A DNA stretch of 64,000 nt from assembly GCA_963793265.1 (NCBI GenBank), contig CAWBZI010000001.1:32001-96000 (forward strand). The letters run 5' to 3'. Made by a program: the position numbers and the translations under genes. This document shows, piece after piece, positions 41,437-50,666 of this stretch (its first letter is position 1; each line of letters opens with the position of its first letter). This DNA comes from an uncultured cyanobacterium (GTDB taxonomy: Bacteria; Cyanobacteriota; Cyanobacteriia; Phormidesmidales; Phormidesmidaceae). The notes beneath the pieces are model-generated. The model ran no database searches and was not told the origin of the DNA. It saw nothing but the letters and a program-made list of their open reading frames with translations.

Positions 41437-43062
41437 CTAACGTCTAAAACTACCAACTTTTGCGCTGGGGAAAGTTGGTAGTTCAACAGAGGCCATTGAA
41501 CCAATTTTCTTTTGCGATCGCAAAGGCTTTACCACAGGCGAAACGCTCGAATCAGTCGTGCCCTCAGTCGCCGGTAAATAATCAGTCGGGACGCTCTGAG
41601 CAACGGCTGGCTGAGGCTCAACGTTTGTCAGCGGTTGGCCCCAGGGAGAAGGCTCGGTGAAGTCAACCTCTTTCTCTAGCCGCTGCCGGGTAGCGGCGGT
41701 AAAAGAAGCCTCAACCGCAGCGGGATCTATCTCTGGAATAGGTGCTTCGGCGGGATCTTCAGCAGGCAGCGCTGGCGCAAGGTCGGCGGCAGAGGGCATA
41801 TCGTCATCAAGCTCAATGCCTTCGGCAGGCGTGTTTTTAAGCTGAGTCTGCCAGTTCAGCTTAGGCGTTTTAGAAGACTCGAAGCCAGAGGGTTCAGTCA
41901 CCGCTGCTGCCGTCTCAATAGTAGGTTCAGTAGGCACTTCAGCAGGCTTATCTTCAGTTTTCTCAGCCGCAGAATCAGTCAGAGAATCAGCCGCAGGCTT
42001 AACCGCAGAGGCCGTATTCATCACGCGCTCTAAATCTTGCCAAAGTTCAGCTTCAGCCTCAGCAGGCGGACTAACAGCGGCTACTTCGGTTGCTTGAGCA
42101 GGCTCATCTCTAAAAGGCTCAGCTTTAGGACTGACATTTGCAGCCTCGCCGGACTTGCCGACATTGCGAATAAGCGTCTCTAAGTGAGGATCAATGCCCT
42201 GAAACGGTGAGGACTCAGCAGAGGCCCAGGGCATGATGCGCTGCACTTTGGGCATGACGACTGAGGCCGAATCTTTGAAGGGCACGGGGCGAGTCACTTC
42301 AGCTTTAACCGAGCGGGCGCTGACGGTGAGTGATTTTTCTAGGGCAGCTTTGAACTGTAGGGTGTAGCGCTGCTGACGTTGGAGGCGCGATCGCAAATCT
42401 CGGCTGCTGGTTTCTGCTTTTACGCGGGCCTTGGCCTCTTCGGCATGTTGCTGAGCGCTCAGCACGCACTCCCGCTCTAGCTGAGCAATCCGCTCCTGGC
42501 TATTGTCTAGCTCTGTCTGTAAGTTTTCATTGATTAAGCGCTGGCGGCTCAGGCCCTGTTCGGCTGTTTCTAGCTGAGTGACTATTTTGGCAACCTGCTG
42601 CTGCGCGTTTTGCGACACCTGCTGAGCCGAAGCGTGCTCCACAGATAGCTGCTGCTTCATCTTATTGCGCGCGGCACTGGCCTCATCTCTAGCCTTCTCT
42701 ATCTCAGCTTTAGCCGTCGCCTGGCTCTGTGCTAGCTCGCCTTCTAAGCTTGCTACTCGTGAGAGCAGCACATCATTACACTCATTGAGATCGTGAATTA
42801 GGGCAAGCAGCTCGTTCTCACGTGTAATCGTTTTTATCTCAACTGGCTCTGTAGCTGCTGGCTCTGTAGCTGCTGACTCTGCAACTGTTGGTTCTGCGGC
42901 TGGCGCATCAACTGCCTCCCACATGTCCACCGGCTCAGGGTCTAAAGGTGGCGCGCTTTGCTGAGCACTCCCCTCGCTCATCAACTGGCTAACGCCGTCC
43001 ATGGTCACCTGATTAACGGATTGATTATTTGGCTGAGAAGGGGAGGACTGATTTTCACTCAT
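41437..43062 (-). CDS. Hypothetical coiled-coil protein with acidic disordered regions
   Basis: Long heptad region; DLRSRLQRQQRYTLQFKAALEK; C-terminal VELPTF. Confidence 0.75.
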   Translation of the reverse strand: MSENQSSPSQPNNQSVNQVTMDGVSQLMSEGSAQQSAPPLDPEPVDMWEAVDAPAAEPTVAESAATEPAATEPVEIKTITRENELLALIHDLNECNDVLLSRVASLEGELAQSQATAKAEIEKARDEASAARNKMKQQLSVEHASAQQVSQNAQQQVAKIVTQLETAEQGLSRQRLINENLQTELDNSQERIAQLERECVLSAQQHAEEAKARVKAETSSRDLRSRLQRQQRYTLQFKAALEKSLTVSARSVKAEVTRPVPFKDSASVVMPKVQRIMPWASAESSPFQGIDPHLETLIRNVGKSGEAANVSPKAEPFRDEPAQATEVAAVSPPAEAEAELWQDLERVMNTASAVKPAADSLTDSAAEKTEDKPAEVPTEPTIETAAAVTEPSGFESSKTPKLNWQTQLKNTPAEGIELDDDMPSAADLAPALPAEDPAEAPIPEIDPAAVEASFTAATRQRLEKEVDFTEPSPWGQPLTNVEPQPAVAQSVPTDYLPATEGTTDSSVSPVVKPLRSQKKIGSMASVELPTFPSAKVGSFRR

Positions 43063-43267
43063 ATCAATAAGTCGCAGACACAGCTGTAAGAGGCGGAACT
43101 TCACAAGAGATAGCAAGATAGTTTAAAGGGTTCAACTCAAAGTTTAATGCAAGTGAATTAAGCTGGTGAACTAGCCAGGCATAAGGTTCGTCGTGATAGA
43201 CATTAGGGAACCCTGCAAAATCTCTCTCTAAAGTAGTAGCACAGAAAAACAAAATAACCCTAGCACT

Positions 43268-43345
43268 AAACAAAAAACCCCGATAAGTTCAGTACAAACC
43301 CTCATGACTCCTTCTATACAAAGAACAGAACATCCGGGTATTTAC
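43268..43345 (-). ncRNA. Candidate small non-coding RNA
   Basis: Minus strand ACCCGGATGTTC...GAACTTATCGGGG closes a stem followed by a U run; intergenic. Confidence 0.4.
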
Positions 43346-43353
43346 AACAATGT

Positions 43354-43367
43354 GTAACATTCAATAC
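43354..43367. promoter_or_regulatory. NtcA-type box GTA-N8-TAC
   Basis: (T)GTAACATTCAATAC; no TAN3T element at the canonical 22-nt distance. Confidence 0.35.
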
Positions 43368-43437
43368 TCGTATTAGCAGATGATGGCTCAGTGGGAAAGC
43401 GTCTTATCACGGTGATTTGTCATGGCTGATGTCATAG

Positions 43438-44520
43438 CTAAAGGGAACTAGAAAATAAAGCTGATGCTAGTAGGTCTTTGTGCATAAAAGCGCGGTCTAC
43501 CTGCGACTGTATCTGATCCGGGTTAAGCGCTTCGCCGTTCACGTAAAAGTCTAGCCAGGTTTTGCAGATGGCCTGAGGGTCGGCGGGTAGCGGTGGTAAA
43601 GCGTCAGGCGTGGGAGAAAGATCCCATCCTGGTAAGTCCAAATCTTGAGCGAGGGCGTCTACTTTGGGGTCGTAGCTAATGGCAAAGCTGCGACAGCCTT
43701 CAGCCGCCGACATTACCAGCGCATGAAACCGCATTCCAATTGTCATTTCTACGCCGCGAAACAAGCCCTTTAGCTGTGATGGCTGGGTGAGCGCATAGAT
43801 ATGGTGAGGGCCACTTTGTTGCTCGGTAAGAACGCTGGCGATATATTGCGCGATCGCCATATCCTTCACGGGCTGAAACGGCACGAGCACCACACACACG
43901 CCCGTTGCTTTCTGAAAGTTCGCGATCGCCTGAGCCAAATTTTCTAACCGGCGATCGCTCAAATGCACATGTGGCCTCAGCGCCACGGCAACTCTAGGCG
44001 CGGGCAAATCCCACAGTCCTTTTACGGGCGAATGCTCTAGCCCCCACACCGGATCGGGCGCAAGCAAGCAGTCGCGCTGCCACTGGCCAAGGAGGGCTTC
44101 AGAATTGCGATCGCGCACGCTCACCCGGTCACACTTTGCCAGCGCCTTTCGCGTCAGCCACCGGCTAAATGGCTGATTCAAAGGCCCCACGCCCTGAGCC
44201 CACGCAATCGTTTTGAGCCCCATCATCTGCGCCAGCAGCATCAGCCCGCCGTAATACACCGGATTGAGCGCGCTACTGGCATCTTGCATCAGGCTACCGC
44301 CGCCCCAAATAAAGGCATCTGAGCTGCGGAGTGCAGCCATCACAGCGCTGAAAGATTTGCGGGGAACGGCCTCTACCTGATGGCGATCGCGCGTTTCTGA
44401 CGGATTACCCGAAAGCACCACGGGCGTCACCCTGGCAGGCAGCATTTGCAGCAGCGCAGCCAATAGCGCCTCATCGCCGCCGTTTCCCATCCCGTAGTAG
44501 CCACACAACACTGCTCGCAT
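43438..44520 (-). CDS. csaB: Polysaccharide pyruvyl transferase
   Basis: GYYGMGNGGDEA, GGGSLMQD, SVRD, GMRFHA, SYDPKV. Confidence 0.93.
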   Translation of the reverse strand: MRAVLCGYYGMGNGGDEALLAALLQMLPARVTPVVLSGNPSETRDRHQVEAVPRKSFSAVMAALRSSDAFIWGGGSLMQDASSALNPVYYGGLMLLAQMMGLKTIAWAQGVGPLNQPFSRWLTRKALAKCDRVSVRDRNSEALLGQWQRDCLLAPDPVWGLEHSPVKGLWDLPAPRVAVALRPHVHLSDRRLENLAQAIANFQKATGVCVVLVPFQPVKDMAIAQYIASVLTEQQSGPHHIYALTQPSQLKGLFRGVEMTIGMRFHALVMSAAEGCRSFAISYDPKVDALAQDLDLPGWDLSPTPDALPPLPADPQAICKTWLDFYVNGEALNPDQIQSQVDRAFMHKDLLASALFSSSL

Positions 44521-44624
44521 AAGTTTTGCCTTATTTCTGGCTTATTTTTTGGGCCGTCTCAATCGGCCTTGCCCCATGAATCCTTAGAATACAGAAGAAG
44601 GAACCCCTAAAAAGTATCTCGCCT

Positions 44625-44972
44625 ATGCACGCGCTCTCAATTCCAACCTGGATGGTTCACGTTTCTAGCGTGATCGAATGGATTGCCGCCATTTGGTTTG
44701 TTTGGCAATATGCCGAAGCCAGCGATCGCCTGGCCTGGCGTGCCCTCTCGTTTGGCATGTTGCCCGCCCTCATCAGCGCCATGTGTGCCTGCACCTGGCA
44801 CTTTTTTGACAACGCCGCAGCTTTAGACTGGCTCGTGGTGCTGCAAGCAGGCATGACCGTGGTCGGCAACTGTACGGTTTGTTTAGCGGCCTGGTGGATT
44901 TGGAAGCAGTCTAAAGTGCAGCCGGTTGGTGATATTAAAACTGGTGACATTAAAGAGGGTATTGAGGCATGA
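44625..44972 (+). CDS. Ycf49-like / DUF2499 membrane protein
   Basis: MHALSIPTWMVHVSSVIEW...MCACTWHFFDN. Confidence 0.88.
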   Translation: MHALSIPTWMVHVSSVIEWIAAIWFVWQYAEASDRLAWRALSFGMLPALISAMCACTWHFFDNAAALDWLVVLQAGMTVVGNCTVCLAAWWIWKQSKVQPVGDIKTGDIKEGIEA

Positions 44973-45283
44973 ACAAAGAATCTCTCTTTGCGATATCGCT
45001 ATTTCCCTACCTAGGATTTTTGTGGTTTCTCACAAAGTCCAATCAAACGCCCCGACTGGCGCTAATTGGGTTTTATGTGCTGCTCATCTTTGTTGCAGTC
45101 ACGATTCCAGCAGGCATTTATGCCAAGCAAGCCTACGGCACAGAGCTGGCAAATGTCGATTGGCTACACGGCAGCGCCGAATTGTTTTTGACGATCTCCA
45201 ACATATTGGTGGTTTTGGGCTTTCGGCAGGCGGCGATCAAATTTCGATCGGCCAAATTAGCCGTTAAGACTGGTGCAGAATGA
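44969..45283 (+). CDS. DUF3593-like membrane protein
   Basis: LFAISLFPYLGFL...LANVDWLHGSAE; ATGA overlap with upstream gene. Confidence 0.85.
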   Translation: MNKESLFAISLFPYLGFLWFLTKSNQTPRLALIGFYVLLIFVAVTIPAGIYAKQAYGTELANVDWLHGSAELFLTISNILVVLGFRQAAIKFRSAKLAVKTGAE

Positions 45284-45695
45284 GCCGATTGCCATCGGGG
45301 TCGTAGGCGTATATTTCCTGACCGTGGGAGGTGTGCATGATGTCGCCGGGTGGTGGGTAGCCGAGGGTGGTGAGGTGTGCGATCGCCCCCACCAAATCCC
45401 TTACTTCCAAACACAAGCTCATCGCTCCGCTAGTATCAGCAGCAAATTCAACCGCGTGGTTTGCCTTTGGCGTAAAGATAGCCAGTCGTAACCCTGCCAG
45501 CCTAAATTCGGCATACGCTGGCGTATTCAGCTTTGGCTCGGCCTTCAGAAGCTCGCGGTAGAAAGCAACTTGACACTCTATCTGGGTGCTAGCAAATGCG
45601 ATAAAGGCTTCGCTATAGAAGGTACTGTTCGCTGTCTTCTCAATTCTTTCCAAAGGCTTACCTGACAAGTTGTATTTGACAAAAGCTACATTCAT
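45264..45695 (-). CDS. VOC/glyoxalase family protein (start uncertain)
   Basis: FYRELL...SLCLEV...HGQEIYAYDPDGNRL. Confidence 0.8.
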   Translation of the reverse strand: MNVAFVKYNLSGKPLERIEKTANSTFYSEAFIAFASTQIECQVAFYRELLKAEPKLNTPAYAEFRLAGLRLAIFTPKANHAVEFAADTSGAMSLCLEVRDLVGAIAHLTTLGYPPPGDIMHTSHGQEIYAYDPDGNRLILHQS

Positions 45696-45746
45696 TGTGC
45701 TCCTCTGTTGGAGGATGAGACATAAGGTGTGCCGAAGGCAGGCAGT

Positions 45747-46127
45747 TCATATCGCTGCCTCTGCCTCTTTTATCACTCGCACTACGTCTGGTTTATCACT
45801 TACAACGACAGACTCTGGAAGATGCTTGTGATGAGGACAGGTAGGTAAGTCTGGGAAATGGGGAGTGCTGTCATAGCGAAAAAGTAAGCTATTTTGGCTG
45901 TCTTGGCAGTGATAGCGATAGTCGAGCGAAACTAGCTGATCATTTTTAACCTGAACTGCTTCATTAACCGCTAATAGGTGGCCTTGGCTAAAGCGAATGC
46001 GAATACGTAAGTTAACGCGCTCTGGAGTCAGAACCTCTTCGACATAGCGTTCTACGTAAGCGGATTTACACTGGGTAACCGCTTGCTCTACCCGATTCAA
46101 ATAATCAGACAGGCGCTTATGCAGCAT
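45747..46127 (-). CDS. tumE: DUF6516 / TumE-like toxin
   Basis: YRYH...FRYDSTPHFPDL...PHHKH motif. Confidence 0.75.
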   Translation of the reverse strand: MLHKRLSDYLNRVEQAVTQCKSAYVERYVEEVLTPERVNLRIRIRFSQGHLLAVNEAVQVKNDQLVSLDYRYHCQDSQNSLLFRYDSTPHFPDLPTCPHHKHLPESVVVSDKPDVVRVIKEAEAAI

Positions 46128-46347
46128 ATTGCAGCTTTTTTTCCAACACGCTACGAATTTCAAGATAGTGCTGATAGTCGTTAGCCCACTCAATAAAGAC
46201 AATATCGTCAGAGATCAGACCGTCTTTGTATTGGTCAAAGAAATCCTCTGAGTTAAGACCCTGCTGGTTTTCGTAAATGCTTAGCCGCTTTGTGACAGCC
46301 ACTAGAGCGTCAATGGGAGTCGTATGTTGTATGACTTGCTTTTTCAT
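46117..46347 (-). CDS. tumA: TumA-like antitoxin
   Basis: YENQQGLNSEDFFDQY..G...D...FIEW pattern; 11-nt overlap with the toxin gene. Confidence 0.7.
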   Translation of the reverse strand: MKKQVIQHTTPIDALVAVTKRLSIYENQQGLNSEDFFDQYKDGLISDDIVFIEWANDYQHYLEIRSVLEKKLQYAA

Positions 46348-46548
46348 GGGGATCTCTTAACTAGCTCTATATACAGCTAAACGCTAAGAGATAATAATAG
46401 AGCTAAAGACTATCCGTAAGGTAGGCGAAAATCCGTTGCGGCTCACGCTAGCTTATAGGCGAATCCGTAGAAGACGCTAATAGCCTGCGATTAACCTGTA
46501 GGTCGCGGTCTGCGCTAACGGATGTGACGTTTTGCGAGGAAAGCACCT

Positions 46549-47655
46549 GTGGTTGTAACATCTACGCAGCCTGGAACCAGCCAGTCTGAAGCCAATAAAT
46601 CTATTGCCGACTGGCTAGGCGATGAGGCCGATAGCCTACTTAATTACAAGGCCAAGGTCGATAAGGGTCAGCTACACCTGCCGGGCTCAGATTGGGTAGA
46701 CCGCATCTTTTCACAAACTGACCGCTCGCCTCAGGTACTCCGCAGCCTGCAACAGCTCTACAGCACAGGTCGCTTAGCTAACACAGGCTACCTCTCTATT
46801 CTGCCAGTAGACCAGGGCATAGAGCACTCCGCCGCCGCCTCTTTTGCACCCAACCCCATCTACTTCGACCCCGAAAATATTGTTAATTTAGCCATATCAG
46901 GCGGCTGTAACGCAGTAGCGACCACGCTCGGCGTGTTGGGCATGACCTCTCGTAAATACGCCCACAAAATCCCTTTTATCGTCAAGCTTAACCACAACGA
47001 ACTGCTGAGCTACCCCAAAGAATACGACCAAACCATGTTCGCCTCAGTTGATCAGGCATGGAACTTAGGCGCAGTTGCCGTGGGCGCAACTATCTACTTT
47101 GGCTCAACTGAATCCACTCGCCAAATCCAAGAAGTCAGCAAGGCGTTTGCGCGCGCTCACGAACTGGGTATGGCGACTATTTTGTGGTGCTATCTGCGCA
47201 ACGACGTATTCAAGCAAGACAAAGACTACCACCTATCTGCCGACCTTACCGGACAGGCAAATCATCTTGGCGTAACAATCCAGGCCGACATCATTAAGCA
47301 AAAACTACCCGAAAATAACGGCGGCTACAAAGCAGTTGCAGACGCCACTGGAAAGTCTTATGGGAGAACCGATGATTTGGTTTATTCCGAACTCACCAGC
47401 GATCATCCGATTGATTTAACACGCTATCAGGTGTTGAACTGTTATGCGGGCAGAGCGGGGCTGATCAACTCTGGCGGTTCGTCAGGAAAGAATGACTTTG
47501 CCCAAGCGATTCGGACGGCTGTAATTAACAAAAGAGCGGGCGGCTGTGGTTTGATTTCAGGTCGCAAAACATTCCAAAGAGACTTCAAGGAAGGTGTAAA
47601 GCTGTTCCATCTCATTCAAGACGTTTATCTCTCTGACGAAATTTCAATCGCATAG
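46549..47655 (+). CDS. fbaB: Class I fructose-bisphosphate aldolase (DhnA type)
   Basis: [33 protein letters not shown]. Confidence 0.93.
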   Translation: MVVTSTQPGTSQSEANKSIADWLGDEADSLLNYKAKVDKGQLHLPGSDWVDRIFSQTDRSPQVLRSLQQLYSTGRLANTGYLSILPVDQGIEHSAAASFAPNPIYFDPENIVNLAISGGCNAVATTLGVLGMTSRKYAHKIPFIVKLNHNELLSYPKEYDQTMFASVDQAWNLGAVAVGATIYFGSTESTRQIQEVSKAFARAHELGMATILWCYLRNDVFKQDKDYHLSADLTGQANHLGVTIQADIIKQKLPENNGGYKAVADATGKSYGRTDDLVYSELTSDHPIDLTRYQVLNCYAGRAGLINSGGSSGKNDFAQAIRTAVINKRAGGCGLISGRKTFQRDFKEGVKLFHLIQDVYLSDEISIA

Positions 47656-47664
47656 TAAGACAAC

Positions 47665-47708
47665 CCCCTACGATGCAATTATCGTAGGGGCGTAAGGCTT
47701 TACGCCCT
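47665..47708. repeat. Overlapping hairpins, GTAG-type REP-like element or bidirectional terminator
   Basis: CCCCTACGAT/ATCGTAGGGG overlapping GGGCGTAA/TTACGCCC between convergent genes. Confidence 0.55.
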
Positions 47709-47739
47709 CCGGCACAACAATCTTCAGGCTCCCCAACCC

Positions 47740-48138
47740 TTACTCAGATTTATCCATATTCACTAGCTCTTCTTTTGAAAAGTCCTTGCCTATCTGCTCA
47801 GGCAGCACCTCATTAAGCGGGCCTTCTCGCTCATACGAGTTCTCAGCAGTCGGCTTACTCTCTGGGTTATTCACATTGTTCGCAGTGGCATCTTCTACAA
47901 TGTCGCGGATGCCTTCACCATAGTGCTCAATTGTTTTTTCCTTACGCGCTTCGTCCATCTCATAGTCAATATCGTAAGCAACAATCGCTGAAGCTTCGGG
48001 ACTATAAGAAGGCATCTCAGCAGGCGAAAGCACGAGCACAGACAGCATTAAAAGCGCTGCGGCTGTAGTGCAAAGCCATTTGGCACGGCTTAGTGTTGCA
48101 AGCACGCTTGAAAGAGTGTTGATTAGCGGCAAAATCAT
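47740..48138 (-). CDS. Hypothetical exported or membrane-anchored protein
   Basis: N-terminal hydrophobic segment, acidic C-terminal part. Confidence 0.6.
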   Translation of the reverse strand: MILPLINTLSSVLATLSRAKWLCTTAAALLMLSVLVLSPAEMPSYSPEASAIVAYDIDYEMDEARKEKTIEHYGEGIRDIVEDATANNVNNPESKPTAENSYEREGPLNEVLPEQIGKDFSKEELVNMDKSE

Positions 48139-48217
48139 GGGCGATCGCTCAAAAAAACAATTAACCCTCTCATCCTGACCGCCCCCGGCCTATTTTCCCT
48201 CTATCCAAATATCGAAG

Positions 48218-48640
48218 TTACGTTGTCGATTCACTAGATGAAGACCCGTATGGTTTTGCGCACCATGCGGCCCAGGCGATGAGTACAAACTGAAACGGCA
48301 GACGAAAGCCGTGCAGCCACCAGCTATCAGGAATGCCCGTGAGCTTGATGTGATTGAACGCCATGTTGAGATTAGCAGGATAAACGGCGATGAATAAGGC
48401 CACCAAGCCCCAGGCGGAGATCCAACGGGTTGCGGGGAAGAACAGCCCTATGCCGAGCAAGATTTCAAAGACGCCGCTGATGTAGACTAGCGCGGCGGGA
48501 TATGGGAGAAAGCCGGGTACGATTTTGATAAAAGGCGTAGGTATGGCGAAGTGTAGGAAGCCTGCGATGATCATTAAAACGGCTAGCAGGTTGCGCAGCG
48601 TTGTTTTGTTTTGCTGAAGAATTCTCTTGATTGTGTCCAT
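48218..48640 (-). CDS. DoxX-like membrane protein
   Basis: AGFLHF...YISGVFE...AVYPAN...RLPFQ. Confidence 0.85.
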   Translation of the reverse strand: MDTIKRILQQNKTTLRNLLAVLMIIAGFLHFAIPTPFIKIVPGFLPYPAALVYISGVFEILLGIGLFFPATRWISAWGLVALFIAVYPANLNMAFNHIKLTGIPDSWWLHGFRLPFQFVLIAWAAWCAKPYGSSSSESTT

Positions 48641-48723
48641 GACTGTGCGTAAAGTCTAATAACTGTATGTGTAGCAGACTTGGTGAGCGTTTATCTTCTC
48701 TCTGAAGGGTTAGCGCGGCACAT

Positions 48724-48773
48724 CGAACCCGCCCCGCCCTAGTCAGATGGCGCGCAGCGACGGGGTGGGTTCG
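48724..48773. repeat. GC-rich inverted repeat (REP-like) downstream of the small ORF
   Basis: CGAACCCGCCCCG ... CGGGGTGGGTTCG, 13-bp arms with one mismatch. Confidence 0.55.
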
Positions 48774-48803
48774 GCAACCCTAACGGACAGCCAGCGCTAC
48801 CAC

Positions 48804-49067
48804 TTAATGCTCCTTCTGCACACGCTTAATCAAGATACAGGTCACCTCATCAGCCTTACCCGTAGCAAGCGGCCTGCTCCAATCATTAACTTCGGCGTAG
48901 CCTAGCTGATGCAACTGTCGAATAGTCGTTTTCACCGCTGTAGGCGCACCCGTCAGCATATGCCGAATGCGGTTCGGGTCGTCCTTCTGCGGCGTAGTTG
49001 GCGGCTCGTAGCCATTGGCAAATGAAGCTTTGGGCGTGGGTTCGCCCTGGCTAGCTATTGTAAACAT
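48804..49067 (-). CDS. Small hypothetical protein (87 aa)
   Basis: AGGAG SD before ATG; RHMLTGAP.AV..TI..LH.LGYAEV.DWS resembles a family I recall from cyanobacteria (not verified). Confidence 0.65.
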   Translation of the reverse strand: MFTIASQGEPTPKASFANGYEPPTTPQKDDPNRIRHMLTGAPTAVKTTIRQLHQLGYAEVNDWSRPLATGKADEVTCILIKRVQKEH

Positions 49068-49308
49068 GAGATTCTGATCTCCTACGTTTGTTGTTTTGAG
49101 GAAACCAGAACCCAACAGAGCAGAGCCACCCCGCAACTTGGATGCAAATCGGGGTGGCTAAAGGATACAGTGTATCCTAAGCCGCCAGACTGCTGTAATC
49201 AGTGTGGGGGTGAGCCCTCGGTTTGGTGCTGGTTACACCTGCCGAGGGTGCTCGACAAAATTGAGTTCTGATGAAACGGGCGTGATAGGCATCACAGCCT
49301 TAGTACTG

Positions 49309-49337
49309 ACCATAGGCTGATTTTCTTTTGCAGTCAA
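49309..49337 (-). promoter_or_regulatory. sigma70-type promoter driving the structured leader and small ORF
   Basis: TTGACT-17 nt-TATGGT on the minus strand. Confidence 0.55.
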
Positions 49338-49493
49338 GCTGATTTCACGACAAAAGCAGCTTAATGGAACCTAAAAATATCCGAAAAATTTGACCTAATT
49401 GACTCAGATAGTGACCCTGAAACCTCAAAATCGATCTACGGTATTGTACTAACCTATTTTTTGCGTGCAGGTGATAGGTACCTGCCGAAGCCC

Positions 49494-50666
49494 ATGAAGC
49501 TCGCCTCCCGCATCCGTCAAGTAACGCCCTCTATGACACTGGCCATTTCGGCTAAGGCCAAGGCGATGAAAAAAGACGGACTAGATGTCTGTAGCTTCAG
49601 TGCAGGCGAGCCCGATTTTGATACGCCAAAGTACATTTGCGAAGCAGCTAAAAAGGCAATTGATGAGGGTAAGACACGCTACGGCCCAGCGGCGGGGGAG
49701 CCTGCTTTGAGAGATGCGATCGCTCAAAAGCTCCAATCCGACAACCACCTCAGCTACCGCCGTGAGAACATCATGGTCACCAACGGCGGCAAGCACTCCC
49801 TTTACAACCTGATCATGGCGATGATTGAGCCGGGCGATGAGGTGATTATCCCTGCGCCCTACTGGGTGAGCTATCCCGAAATGGTTAAGCTGGCAGGCGG
49901 GGTTCCTGTCATCGTGACGGCCACCGCTGAGACTAATTACAAGGTGACTGCCGCCCAGCTAAAGGCTGCGATTACGCCGAAGACGCGGTTGTTCATTCTC
50001 AATTCACCAAGCAACCCAACGGGAATGGTGTATACCCGCAATGAGATTCAGGCGCTAGCAGAGGTGATTGTTGAAGCGGATATTTGGGTGGTGTCGGACG
50101 AAATTTACGAGAAAATTCTTTACAACGGCGCTGAACATGTCAGCATCGGCTCTATTAATTCAGAGATATTTAAGCGCACCATCGTTAGCAATGGATTTGC
50201 CAAGGGCTATGCGATGACGGGCTGGCGGCTGGGCTATTTGGCAGGGCCTGCTGATCTGATCAAAGGGGCTAATACGCTGCAAAGTCATAGCACTTCAAAC
50301 GTGTGTACGTTTGCGCAGTATGGGGCGATCGCTGCGCTTACCGAACCCTCAGAGAGTATGCAAGTTATGCTCAGCGCTTTCACCAAACGGCGCTTAGCCA
50401 TCATGGATAGAGTGGCCAATATTCCAGGGCTGAGCTACGTAGAACCTAACGGCGCGTTCTACTTGTTTGTAGACATGAGCCAAACAGGTTTGGGCTCTGA
50501 AGAATTCTGTCAGAAGCTGCTGGAAGAGAAGCATGTGGCCGCTATTCCCGGTGTGGCGTTTGGCGCAGAAGGCACAATTCGTATCTCCTACGCCACCGAT
50601 TTAGACACCATCGAGCGCGGCATGGATCGGATCGACGGATTCGTTCGTGCTTACGGGGCTTCGTAG
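49494..50666 (+). CDS. aspC: Aspartate aminotransferase (PLP class I/II)
   Basis: [32 protein letters not shown]. Confidence 0.9.
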   Translation: MKLASRIRQVTPSMTLAISAKAKAMKKDGLDVCSFSAGEPDFDTPKYICEAAKKAIDEGKTRYGPAAGEPALRDAIAQKLQSDNHLSYRRENIMVTNGGKHSLYNLIMAMIEPGDEVIIPAPYWVSYPEMVKLAGGVPVIVTATAETNYKVTAAQLKAAITPKTRLFILNSPSNPTGMVYTRNEIQALAEVIVEADIWVVSDEIYEKILYNGAEHVSIGSINSEIFKRTIVSNGFAKGYAMTGWRLGYLAGPADLIKGANTLQSHSTSNVCTFAQYGAIAALTEPSESMQVMLSAFTKRRLAIMDRVANIPGLSYVEPNGAFYLFVDMSQTGLGSEEFCQKLLEEKHVAAIPGVAFGAEGTIRISYATDLDTIERGMDRIDGFVRAYGAS

